A stretch of DNA of 64,000 nucleotides from Paecilomyces variotii. Lineage: Eukaryota. A program made the translations under genes and the position numbers. Location: assembly GCA_004022145.1 (NCBI GenBank), contig RCNU01000005.1. One strand, 5' to 3'. Shown here in pieces: positions 1 through 12,697 of the stretch. A model generated the notes under the pieces. The model was given only the letters and a program-made list of their open reading frames with translations. It did no database searches and had not been told where the DNA came from. The number at the start of each line of letters is the position of its first letter. Within the stretch, counting starts at the first letter, position 1.

Positions 1-3000
1 AAAAGTGATTGCTGTGGAGGTTTTCCCTGGGGAGTATATGAGTGGCATCTGGATATGTAGACACTTTAAATGGTATGAAAAGTTGTCATGAAATCATCTC
101 AGAGCTTATACCTACTACAGTATCTATGTAGTCGAACTATATAGTGTGACACGCTTCTTCACCGAATATAGCAAACCGGTTATGTGGTATTCCACTGAAC
201 TCTTGCGTCTACAGATACTCTGTCTAGATAGGAAATATCTATGATCCGAGTCTTGAATTTAGTCGATATCGACACTACTATTTTGAGAGTTGCCGGTCTT
301 CCCCGGGGATCTTTCATTCATGGTCCTGGGCTTTGGTCCTAAGTGGTAATTGCAGGTCCATACTACAAAGACAACGGAGCACATGTCCTCGTTTTACGAC
401 ATAGATACCTGGATAGTTTGGAAGGTCCTATGGATAGCGACATGCTCACAGCAATGAGATAATCATCTGCTACAAACCGGAAATACCACTTTGTGTTGCT
501 ACTAATGGACCATCATAGTCGACAGTAAGATATGACTAGTTCATTCTAATAATCTACCGACGTTTTCCATCCTCAAGATCGAAAAAGACATGTCATATTT
601 CTCATGAACTATGGATGCTCGCAGGCCTAGGCCTCTATGTATGGGCAAGTCAGTAGGTGCATACATACACGTAGTAATCCGTACGACGACCTAGATATGG
701 AAATAAGGCCGGGCCTAACGGGTCCCTTCGGATATGCAAGACTGGTAATAACTCTCTTCACATGCTAGGATTTGTCGTGTACTTGCTAGGTTTCTTTGAG
801 GTCATGGTAGAGCCGCGTAGTAGTCGCAGAGTGTGAGGAAAGTAGTGACTGGTCTGATCGACGTCATATACTATGAGCTTTGAATTGGGAGAAGGACTGG
901 TAAGATGCTATACCTGATGATCGACGTTGAGCTGCTGGCGGCAAAATGGAACAGCTTGCTATGCCTCAGGTCCTTAGATAGCTATTCTCGTGGGTGTGAC
1001 AGTATGGTCTGTGCAAAACGCCTCGAGAACCCGCCTGTCCATTTAGATGAGAAGACTGAATAGATTCAGAGGCAAAATAGGCACCAGATGACACGGACTT
1101 CCTTCCGTAGTTCATAGATAAGAGTTCCACCCTCGGATAAGGCTGCAGTGGCTGGTGGATCTCAACGTCCACGTAACCGAAGAACGAAGGAGCTTTGATA
1201 CGGGACTCTTTTTTGTCCTAATTATGGGAAAGGAAACCAATTCCAAAGGCATCAGGTGGTCATCGTATGTCACACGAGTCAGTAATTTGAAGACAGCCTT
1301 TCCGATTTGCCATAACTCAACGAATCATATCCAGTGTGTATCAACTCTTCAAGCCCTTGTTGACTTTGGTCCAGAGAAAGCTATAGACCTCGGTAGTTGG
1401 CACGTTCTGCCTCTTGATCGACAGCCTCCCACAGAAACAGTTGCACGAAGCTTCAGACTCGCATGATGGTTAGCAGGGGTCTTCATAGAAACACGTGGAG
1501 TGACAAACAAACCGTCAATGCGTGGTCAATGAATTTGGCAGCATGAAGTCATCCAAACAATCGGGAAACCGTTCAGGGGCGTTTTGAAGCGATTGGTCGT
1601 GGGGATTCTCGAGATAGCCTGCAACGTCGACTGCAGAATACGTCTGTCTGCATACCGGGGAAGAAGACAAGTCCCGAATGGAATGATAAGCTGTCAAGGG
1701 ACCTGCTTACGGGATTAGTCTATGGATCACTTTTCGAGAAAGACTGAACTAGCACCTTGTCATCTTCCCAAAATGAGAGGCAAGAAGGCCAAGTTACCCG
1801 TGAGATACCTTGGAAGAATCATGCTTTCAATCCCTACAGCCAGAGTAAGTTCTAGACTTGACATCTCAGATATAGCAGTAAATTGTATGTGGAATTGAAA
1901 GTGGTGAACCTCTTGGATAGTTTCAAATCAAAATAGGACGTTGAGCATGTTTCCCAACGCTTTAATTACCATATTGCAGTGAGTGACTCGAGTAATCATG
2001 AGTTAGAAGATAAACAGCAGTGCCCAGAACCCCCGGAGCTTGCTCTCGTATCGAAAGACTGAGAGATTGTTAGTCGTAGTTTGTACTAACAGGAAGCCAA
2101 TCAATTGACTAGGCACTTAGGCAGTAGCACCCAAGTGAGAACTATAGTTTTAGAACGGCGCACTTTATTTGATAGAGAGCTCGAAGATGAACGGTTCGAA
2201 CCATGAGCAAGGACTCGAGGACCGAAAATCCGGCCCGATTCTACCAATTCCGGTCGAATATTACGTTACATTATCCGTCAGAGTGATTATCCTGCTTCCG
2301 CTGTGTCACGTATAGGGGTCATTCGATGCAGTAAGAACGTTGGCACGCATAAGTCTGGTGCTTGTCGGCGGGAACGATGATGCCCCCATAGTATTATGGG
2401 AACAGATCAGAGTTTCGATCCGTCAGTACCGATAGCGTGAACCCACTAAGGGTTTTCCAATAGTGATAATAAACGTGCCGCCACCGGTGTACGGAACTCC
2501 CTCCGGATGTAGAGACCGGCATTCAAAAGCCCTAATTGGAAAATGCACAAGTGCGAAAGTTATATGGGGGTCTTCTTTTGGTAGCTCGACCGGAACCAAG
2601 GAACAATAACTCGCGTCCTTAGCTGTTCTTCTTTAATTGAAGGATTGGAAAATCTTGCTACAGCGAAAAGACGCTGTGGGTTCGTGGCCCTTGGTTAGCC
2701 ATAGTCTGCAAGTGTTGCTTTTTGATATTCTGGATACACTCACGTTATGGGGTTTGTCTATAAATGGAAGACTGAAATAAGACGGCACTATTTCTGCCAT
2801 CGCGATAGGCCTTGGAAGTCTCTAATAGATCCACAATCGATGATACCGTTGATCGTCCTGATCAGTGACCTGTCGCTCTGCTGTACGACGGTCATCGGAC
2901 ATGGAATACGGCACCCTGCCCCTAGAGGTCATGTCAGTGCATTCGTTCGGCCATAAAGTAATCAATATGAAAGCTACGGTGGTATATCCCCGTGACTTCG

Positions 3001-6000
3001 GATGGCTGAAAAGTCTAGATGCGGTTATGATGCTAAGCATGGCTCAAGAAGGAAATACCGCCGTTCCCGAGGCTTCAAAAGGTCGATGGAGCATAAACGA
3101 GCTCTATGCAAGGATAACCTTCTGTCCTAAGCAGTAAATATGTAGAAGCATTTCATTGTTTTCCCAAGGGGACTTTTGAAGAAGTTCTGGAAGTTCCACT
3201 CCCAGATGGGCTAAGAATAGAGAATAGGTAAACAGTCTGTGCTAGGGCTGCTGAATGAACGAATAGCTAATAGATAATTCGAAATGCTCATCCGGGCCAT
3301 GTTTGATCCGTGCAGTAACTGATATAGACTGGCTCGTTGAGAGTAACATAGCCAGCCTGTTGCGTGTAGTTCAGAACAAAGCCCGTTCTCTAAGAAGTTA
3401 AGCCGTCTCGGGTCAGCGCACGTGTCTTTCCATGCCCTGAGCTTGTCTGACCTCCCCGCTCTGAGTTGGTGTATGATCCGCAACACCCGACAACTTTTCC
3501 CTGTCTCTACATCAGCCTATCCTTTCCTTGGATTGCTAAGTTATCTGCTTTAACGTTGAAGGGCCAAGAAGTCGACCATGGACGTCCTTCTGTCCCCATG
3601 GGCCAGTCGCTACGCCCTGCATCCCCCTGGCATCATGCACGACATCCCTCCACGGCGGTACCGTGGCTGCCCCATAATTAGGGGACTCTATTAGCTCCCT
3701 GTATGACCATACTTTAGGGTGCTTCTAAATACGCCAGAGGAATGCTAACCTTCTCAAGTAGCTGGCTCCGGATGCAGTCAGACCTGCTCATTTAATCCCG
3801 GGTGACTTGGGAAGTCCTTCAAAAGATCTGGCGAGATCTGGCGTGACCGACCAGCGCGCACTTTGCAGTATAGTTATTTTCTTCTATCCTGGTCATGCAT
3901 TATCCGTCTATACCCTGTTACCCGCACGTGCAATTCGAGTGCTGGGGAGATTGTTCCTGCAATTGTGCCAGCTCCTTGTGCGACGCCAGGACACGCGATG
4001 ATTCAGGTCACAAACTGAATTGTTAGTCAGGATGGTTCCCGGTGTGGATATGACTTCGATCTTCTAATTCTAGCCGCTAAGCCACTGACCACCGGAGTCG
4101 TCGATCGTGCCATCTACCCCTGCACATGGGACGCATGCAAGACCAGGCTTGACCGGCTTATGGTTGGCACACCTGGAAGATCCGCCCATAGCACCCCTGC
4201 CTGGTTGCAGTAACTTGCATCAGGGTCTTGTTATGAATTCATAGGTTCGGTATCGTACGAGGCAACATGGTAAAGCGTCAGAGCGCGAGCAGTGAGAAGG
4301 AGTCCGTACCAATGAATTGCGGCGTCTCTTTACTTATGGCACCTGAGACCGCGCGGACTCCCTGGAATCGATCTTCACGGCTACATTAGCTCCCGTCTAT
4401 GTCACCTCAGGCACTGTATAGCCGCTGGCGAATGCGAGGCCCGTCAGAAGCCTGTTTGCCTGCCATTTTTGGGAGTCACTCATAGGAATACTCAAAATTT
4501 GGACTGCGATATGAAGATATTCTGGGATTCCCAGTCTGTTCCGACGTATTCTAAACAGCTAGTTGATGCGATAGTCTTAGCTGGTCGAGGCAGCTCTGGC
4601 AACTTTCGACTTGCATTCGACAAATTCTAGCCGCCTCTTGGGCGCTTTAATTAGACCGTTACTGCAGCTAATTTCCCGATTCCGATAAAGAAGCTGCAAC
4701 TTTTGCCTGTCTGGGTCAGGGTGGGAGATTCCACGCAGGGATGAATTCCCACTCTTCTAAAAGGCTAAAATTGGGACCAGTTGGTCCTGCGCGGTCGCTG
4801 GTTGGATATTGATACTTGGATGTCGATGCTGCCAACCATCGTAATTACTTCATATGGCAAGGCTGCCTACCTGAGATGGATCGCTTTCGATGGATTGCTG
4901 GGGTCAATCCCGATACCGAGCGAGCTCGTGCACTGTAGAATCTATCCGGCCTGCAGAGCGATCACAGCACGCGCGCCCCGGGATTATTGGGCAAGAGGCC
5001 CGTCTAGACATGGAAGGCAAAGTTGCGTCCGTACGTTGGCAGGCAACGTGGAGAACATGGACCATACCAATACCACGAGGCGGAAGAATATCAATCGAGC
5101 TTATTCCTCTATCTTTCCCCAAGGCTTCCGTTCGAACCATCCCTCACTCCCGTTCAATCACCGCAAGACATATTCTTGAAGGAATCGATCTGCCAGTCAG
5201 AAATACACTGACAGCTTCAAAAAAAGAAATACTCGGACCATCAGGCTACAAGTTGAACGAGGCAAAGTTGTGCTGTTGATCCGAGTGATCAGGTTCATCA
5301 GACCGCAGCTTGAACTGCAGAGGCCCGTCTAATCCTCAAAGGCTTACTCGTATATACTATTTCTTGACGACGTCAGAACGCCCATAAGTAAGTCTTGAAT
5401 TCTATGGTTTCTAATTGTTTGTGGTCGCTTAAAGCTCTTTTGAGTAATGACTACCTCCCTCGGCATTTCTTCTCCTACGTGCTTCTAAACCTTGCCTAAT
5501 GGCCATCAAGTCAACTGCAGCTCCGATGAACAGGAGGATATCAATGTTGTTTTGACAACATAGCCGTTCAGCTGTCCTTGATGTATTCGCTTCCTGCTCC
5601 AGGCGAATATGGCCCTGGATGTTCCGATGACAACCTTACTCTCTATAATCTATCCTCCCCCATACCTTTCCATGTTTCCTCTGAAACCCGTCTTGTATCG
5701 TCTATAATTTTGGTCATCTGCCCTGATAACTCCATATTCCACGTCGACCAAGTATTCTGAGATGTGGCCACCAGCTGACACCTGCCTGATGCTAGGATAT
5801 TTGCTTGGTTCGTGATAGCCGTGAACTTGACGACAACTGGAAGTATCACACTGGTGAAAGGTACAGGACACGCCAACAAGAACCTTGAGCCTCCCGGCCA
5901 CTTCCAGTTCCCGGTTCTAGAGCCTGTGCTGGAGAATACTTTCCAGATTGCTACTCACCGACTACGTGTGGGTCGTGGGTGTGGTGAAGCTCTAAAAATT

Positions 6001-7003
6001 GCTACAACTTCTACCTGCTCCTACTCTTGAGCAACCTTTTCCAATGAATCACAGTAAGCTTATTTCTCTAATTCGGCAACTTTAGTGGTGTTTTGAGGCT
6101 TGAGCAAATACTCAGACTATACAACAGTCTGGACTATATTTCCTCAACTTCTTTCTATTCGTTGCTACTTTTTCCTGTCAGTGATTTAACCCCTGCTTTG
6201 TGGGGTCGGGGGTTTGGCAAGAGGTGTGTGCACTTGTGACAAGGGTACATATTGAGCTTACCACTCTGAGGCGATTGATTGTTCCATTGTCCCCTGACTT
6301 GCAATTGGACATTCATCTGCTACCTTCGGCTTCTGTTCTCATGGACGAAATGACAAGTATCCCTCCGTTTGCCGTCCTAATTTTCTAATGAGAGCCATTT
6401 TCAGCAGCCCTCCTACAAAATTCCTTTCGCCTTGATCCGCCTCCAGACAACGATTTTATCGCTTCTCAGCGTGTTTTCTCAGGTCCAGCAACATATCCGA
6501 CCGAGGAAGAAGAGCAGCATCGGAGGGTCGGCTCTCTCAGCCACTCATTAGCGCAACCAGTGTCACTACCTGTAAGCAACGGCTTTAAGTACAGTACGCA
6601 ACATACTACTGTGCAGGACGTGCCGTAAGTGGTCCTTTCAATCCTGACTGCCTTAAGCCTCCCCGGTCTGCCTTTTAGCCACTCATTCAACACCCTCTGC
6701 CTGGCCCTCACCGGATGGTCTGGATGCTAGTGAAATTCTAGCATCACCGATTATACCGATATGTCGCTCTATTTCTTGTGGTTGATTTCAGGAAGTATCG
6801 TACATATGCTGCCTGGTATGGACCATTACGGTGATCACAAGACTGCGCTGAAGGCTGCCTCTCAAGCCTACCTGCTGCGCTAGCTCTTTGTTCCATTCTC
6901 AATCTATGTTGATCTTGCCGCGCTCCACAGATCTCTGATATTTTGGCCCACGGCTGATCTTTCAGACGGGGTTTGTTGCATTGATTAGCTGACGCCCGTC
7001 TAG

Positions 7004-8903
7004 TTTTCCAACATCGCCTGGGCTCCTAGGAAGCCCTCTCGATTCATGTAATAGTGGCTCGTCCTCGACCAGCCCCATCTCAGCCTCCTCCCTCGCGTTT
7101 GCTTCTCTCAGCAACGTGTTCTCGCACAATGTGACTTCCACAGAGAGCTTTCCTCCAGTGCCAGCTTCGGCCTACTCGCACTCGACAGGATTTTCGTGGA
7201 ATGAAAGAACGCCAGATTTCAGGCATCGTGTACCTGCACTGTAAGTAGGCTCACCATTACCGTTTAGCACGCCCATGCGAAACAATTAGCTCATCAGTAC
7301 GACTGCTGCAAACAGACACCCACCTGCTGGCATGTCTACATCTTTAGAGTCACAGGCCGCGGCAGCCCCTGTGAATCCGACCCTGATCGGAAGAGGAGAG
7401 GCTGGTTTTCCGGCATACACGGTGGGGAGGGGTTCTTTTGCGTCGCCTCATTCGAGCTTCAACGACATGTCTCGATACCCGCATTACACGACGACACCGC
7501 GGGCTCTGGATAACTCAATCGACCGTGCAGCGAATACAATTTATAGTCAGTCGGGAAATTCCTTGCTGGAACGTTCGCAACGCTCTGCTCATGCGGTAAC
7601 AGATGCACCTCCGTTTCACTCCACAAATGTCATTCATTCAATCGTGACTCCCAGTCATTCGATCAAACCAGAAATCCAAGCGAGAATCCACAAGGGGTTC
7701 TTTCAAGTCGATCAGAAATGGACTTGCTATCGCCGAAATTACTTCTCATTGTCTTGCTCCTTTTCTCTCCCCGGATGGGCACCGAATACGCCGCTATATA
7801 TACAGTTGCCTAATCACACAACTGAGCCCATTCATTCCTTCTCCATGTCAATCTCAGCGATTGTGAATGCTCAGGATGGCGAAGTCAGGGAGCTCGTGCA
7901 GCATACGCCTAAGCGTGATAAACAGTCGGAGACAAGACCGGGCAAAGTCACATTACAGCCGCAACCCGTTCCGTCTCTCCTCGGCCACGGTTCGGCCACT
8001 GGCCTTTGTCTCGGGACTTCTTCACGTTCAGTCAACATGTCCATGGATTTCGGGTCTCCATACGCGACCGTGGGACAGTCTTCTCAACCGCCCACCCAGC
8101 ACACTTTCGAGCGTATCCAGTTTCAGAGGGCCACCGCAAACAACGGCAAGCGGCGAGCGCAGCAACAGTATTACAATCTGGTGGTGGAGCTTTATGCAGA
8201 AGTACCTAGTCCGTTAGGCAGTACTGCTGACACGCAGTGGGTGAAGATCGCCAGGAGAATCTCTGAGCCGATGGTAGTACGTGGGCGTTCCCCTGGGCAC
8301 TACAAGGATGGCAGGCGTGATAGTTCCACAAGCATGGGCCCTGATGGCAGGACTGGCGGCTCGGAAGATGGCAAGGGGGGCGCTGTACTGCCATCTGGTA
8401 TAGGGCATGGAGCACGTTCGAATCTGCCTTTGATGTCGTACGACCATTCCCGGCGCGGTGGCTCCCACTACGGAAGGAGTGACTACCGTCAGATGGCGCC
8501 CATTGATCATCCATCCTTGAACGACAGCCCACTGATTTCTTCATCGTCCTCTTCGGCAGTTGAATTTCCCTTCTTGAATGACCCCATGGAACCCATGGAG
8601 GGTGTGCCAAGCGGCTCATATCCGGAGCAAGCCTTCTCGTCATCATCCGAAGATCGCAGGTCGGAGTGTCAGTTTGCCTTTGCTGGCCCAAGCGCGATGT
8701 TCAATTATGACGCTTTATCTCACAATCGTGACCATACTGAGGCAAGTTTTCGGGATTCGTTCGACAGCGTCGCTGCTGCTTTGCAAGACGATCGTGTAGA
8801 TCCACGACGCTTGAAGCGCTCTCATCGAGACATCCATACGATATTCGATGGCCCTTACAATCGACTTGATGCTAGAGCGAGCTCCCGGCGGTTATGCGCT
8901 TGA
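7004..8903 (+). CDS. ndtA: NDT80/PhoG-like DNA-binding transcription factor (NdtA-like); true start codon lies further upstream and is unresolved
   Basis: ORF 7332-8903 has Ndt80-family motifs (IHKGFF..WTCYRRNYFS, LVQHTPKRDK, TFERIQFQRATANNGKRRAQQQY, MVVRGRSPGHY). Intron 7241-7315 (GTAAGT..AACAG) joins an open upstream exon from about 7004-7240 in frame. Candidate first exon near ATG 6806/6818 not resolved. The symbol rests on recalled adjacency to faaA in A. nidulans. Confidence 0.9.
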
Positions 8904-11131
8904 ACGACTACTTTATTTGACCACGTTACTTACAGGCTCGGCGAATAATTCTTTTTTTTTTTTGTTTCTGTTCCATATCTGATGAATTCCAATTTTCAGT
9001 TCTCCCCTGATTCACTATTACGGCCGACAAACAACATCTTGGTGGGATACAGGTTGTTCCAACCAGGCTTCAAGCCATCCGTACGACTGGTCAGGGCTTC
9101 GTCATTTCTCTTCCCGGATGTTATTATTCATGTTTCTGCTATCTTATCATCCTTGTTATTATGTACGGGACAATATGGAGTCCAAGGGGGAAGAATGCTA
9201 CGTGGTGCGGTTAATGCCGAGTGCCCAATGGTGTCTGTCTTTCCTTTTTCTTTTTTCTTAATCAGGGGTTGAATTGCGTCTACAGTTACGCCTCTACCTC
9301 CGCAAAAAGTCATACATGGTTCTATCTAGTTGGTTATCTATGGGCCTTGAGAACATCTGTTACTATTGGGCAGACAAAGAGTCGGGGGGCAACAGAGTCG
9401 ATTGACGGGGTAGACGAAAGTTGCCCGGGACTGGCAGGCGTTCGCACTATGAGAAATCCATATTCATGCGCTACTCATTCCCTGCCTGAATTTTGAAGCC
9501 TCCTACCAATTCCGGCATGACTTAACGACTGGTCACCGCTGTTTCGGGATTTACAGACATAAATACGAGCGAATAATTGACTGGTTGGCGAACTCAATCC
9601 GTTTAGGAAGTTGATAAGGCCTTTGATATAAGAACACGTGACCAGCTCCTTTTATACGTATATCAGTATAAATCGACCGACGATCTGCGACAATGGATGT
9701 TTGCCTGATGTGGTCCTTGCGCCGGTCTCTGTTTGACTTTGCCGTCATTTCTGGCTGATCAGCAGCGCCTAAACCCGGCCGCCCTATAGATAAAGTACGA
9801 ATGACAAGCTAGGTAGATACTCTCTACCACTCCGGCAACCAATTCTCCTGCCCGATGTGAAATAGAATCAAATCATAAGGACGCTTCTCTACAAACTACA
9901 TAAAATGCCTCAATTGCCTGCCTGCCCGACCTTCTTCCATTTTTGCCCTTCTCTCTTCGACCTATCGGGGAGAGCGGAGGGCCGGAGAGACGGAGACAAC
10001 AAACCCTCCCCCTGGTCTGATCCGCGCGGAATCTAAGCCAATGTCTGCTCTTGGAGGGGCAAGGCTGAGGAAGAACGAGAATAATTGTCTGCAGTTTCCA
10101 TGACTGCCGTGGGCTTTGTTGGGCTTCGGGTATCTGCAGAAAATGTCAGATGTCTTTTACAGTAGTTACTGGCTGCCTGATTGCGATGGGCAAAAGTACT
10201 TGAAGGACCAGAAGTAGAAAAGGATAAACTTACACTCCCTTCTACTTACACCGCTAGGTGAGAGCGTAGGTGTAGGTTCTAGTAGTTATCGGTGGATGCC
10301 TTGCTTTCTTCTTTTCTATCAGAACACTCCCTGTACTGAAATACGATATCATCACTACGTAGATACTAAGTATAGATACTTAGTATACTTCAGCCTGCCA
10401 CAAAGCAAGACAGCGCATTGGTTCTCGAACCATGACCACAAACAACTGTGGAGTTAAGCTACCTAACTTAATACTTACTCTACTCGAGTTCCAGAACGCA
10501 CGAATGAGACTAACTAATCAAGTAAGTACTTACCATAGTAACCATACTTATTTATTTCTCGGTAAGTTCCGACGGTTTAACTTAATTAACTAGTGAACCA
10601 TATAACCAGCTAATTAAGTACCTAGGTATCTAGTGAATAACTTAGAGTACGGAGTAGTCTACTCCTCGTATCTATCTATAATCTCATCTCCTGAAAACCG
10701 ACCCCGACCCCGACCCCGCAATGAGTCAGCGGTCTCGGTTTCTTTTCTTGCTTGCGAGATAAACTAACTAACTTACTTACTCCATCTAGTAAACATTCCT
10801 GACCAGATTCCCTCTTACGGACACGGACAAACTAGTTAGCGCCCAGAATAAATAGATAATAAGCTCGAATAGCCCAAGCCCAAAATCACTCTAGAGTCTA
10901 GTTAGGGGCGGGCTGAGATTAGAACTTTCTTTCCAAAAACTCCATCCATGAATTAATTAATCAATCGGATATCCCGTCCTATCCATGCGTAATTAAGAAG
11001 AGAAGGGAAGGGGAGGAGGTCCGTGCTGTAAACGAATGCGAGCAGGTGGTCTTTTTTTTATTTTTCTTTTCTTTTCTTTTCTAATGTTCGTTTCGGCGCT
11101 AGGAAAAGTTCTCCTTTTCTGGAACGGGGCA

Positions 11132-11158
11132 GGGGGGGGGGGGGGGGGGGGGGGGGGG
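11132..11158. repeat. Poly-G homopolymer (27 G)
   Basis: Directly visible uninterrupted G run. Confidence 0.95.
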
Positions 11159-11842
11159 AGGAATAGCTAGGTAGGTAGGTACTATTCTAAGATTTGAGGA
11201 CTGGATCTCTATGATGCAAGAGCATACTATGGTACAGTACTTATTTACGGAGTACTCCGTAAAACAAACAATAGATACTTAGTGTACGGGAAGCGAGCCG
11301 AGGTTATGAAGAAAAATAATAATGAGGAAATTTCAACACCCCCTGTGATCGCGTCGTACAGACGGAAGCTATGGAACTTCTTCTTGTAGACAAAAACATG
11401 TGGTGATGAATGAACAAAGCCATGCACTCAGACGGTGATCTCCGATGATCGCGACAGCGGGATGGCACAATCAACATCTCCACGCGCGCGCCCCCCGGGC
11501 GATGCTGACGGATGAGGAGGGGGGAAGTCAGATTCGATCGACCGGACCGGGGAATGGGGATACCGGTCAGATCAGCAGGCGGTGCCATGTCGTCCCGTTA
11601 ACGTAGCATCCGATCTGGTTTCATGATTCGTGTGTTCCACGGCGGCAGATCCAAGTAACAAAGAAGGAAGCGGAGGTGGCAACGATGCCAAAGCCGGCCC
11701 ATGAACCATGACAGCAAGACCCGAGATCGCAATGGTTTTCGTTTTCCAACTGGGATGACAGATGCGGTGAGACAATAAGCCCACTGCAGACGAGAATCTG
11801 GATAGCTCTGCACTGGGGTCTATCCAGGACGTACTGGTCATA

Positions 11843-11889
11843 CATAGCAGAGCAGAGCATAGCATAGCATATGTACATACATACATACG

Positions 11890-11920
<31 letters not shown>

Positions 11921-11924
11921 GTGT
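11843..11924. repeat. Compound microsatellite: (AGCAG/AGCAT)n, (TACA)n, (TATATG)n
   Basis: Tandem units read directly; they explain the spurious YIYI/HIHI/CICI ORFs. Confidence 0.9.
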
Positions 11925-12060
11925 ATGGATTGCAGAACCAACAACCAAAAGATGCTCGCCACAATTATCCTCCATTATGATTCGAACCACCGCAGCAGAA
12001 GCAGCAGCAACTGCGGCAAACCAATGCTGGATCTCGTGCTTGATGTCCCTTTTGAAACCG

Positions 12061-12087
12061 TTCATTCATTCATTCATTCATTCATTC
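12061..12087. repeat. (CATT)n microsatellite
   Basis: About six tandem CATT units. Confidence 0.9.
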
Positions 12088-12697
12088 TATCCGCACGGAT
12101 TGGATTGCAGATCGAACCAGAAGCTATGCTGTAGACCTTCCCCATCGAATATCTCCAACCCTGCCAAGCGCAAGCACAGCGCTTGCTTCACTGCTGTGCA
12201 ATATGCATTCGAACGGCGATTCCGTTCCACAAAGCCCGCCCCGTCATGAGCCTCGTAGCCGCCTGTGTCTGTATCTGTAGCCGGAGATATATTCGACCGC
12301 GGTGACGATTCCTATACCCATTGGATCCCTGTATTCAGCATTATAGCAAGCAAGCTTGCGTAAAAAGAGCCTCCTTCGGCCATCCCGAGGTTTCTTTTTC
12401 ACGCCCAACTTCTTTGTTTGTCTGTTTGTTTGTGCCATCTTCATCTCTCTCTCTCTCTCATGACGACTCCCTTTGTGCATACCGCTCTTTTCCTGCTGTC
12501 CTTCACCGACAATCTGCTTTCTATCCTCTGCGGCAGTAAACTCCATCCAAATCTTCACTCTCCCGCTGCAAAGCCCCATCTATTACTTCTGCCAAAGCAG
12601 ATCCACAGGTCCTTAGAGCCCTCAACGCTCAAAGAAAACCAACCAAAACCAACCATCATCAACAAAAAACAGCCAGAAAAAAAACACCCCATCTCAT

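Noticed and set aside
4781..5279. Overlapping 129-132 aa ORFs in the left gene-free region
   Set aside because: No domain motifs, coding-like bias or convincing splice structure.
4007..6210. Ndt80 MSE-like words (CACAAA) upstream of the Ndt80-like gene, suggesting autoregulation
   Set aside because: Matches deviate from CRCAAAW and are no more frequent than chance.
11403..11508. Possible box C/D snoRNA (GTGATGA..CTGA)
   Set aside because: No terminal stem and no recognisable rRNA-complementary guide.
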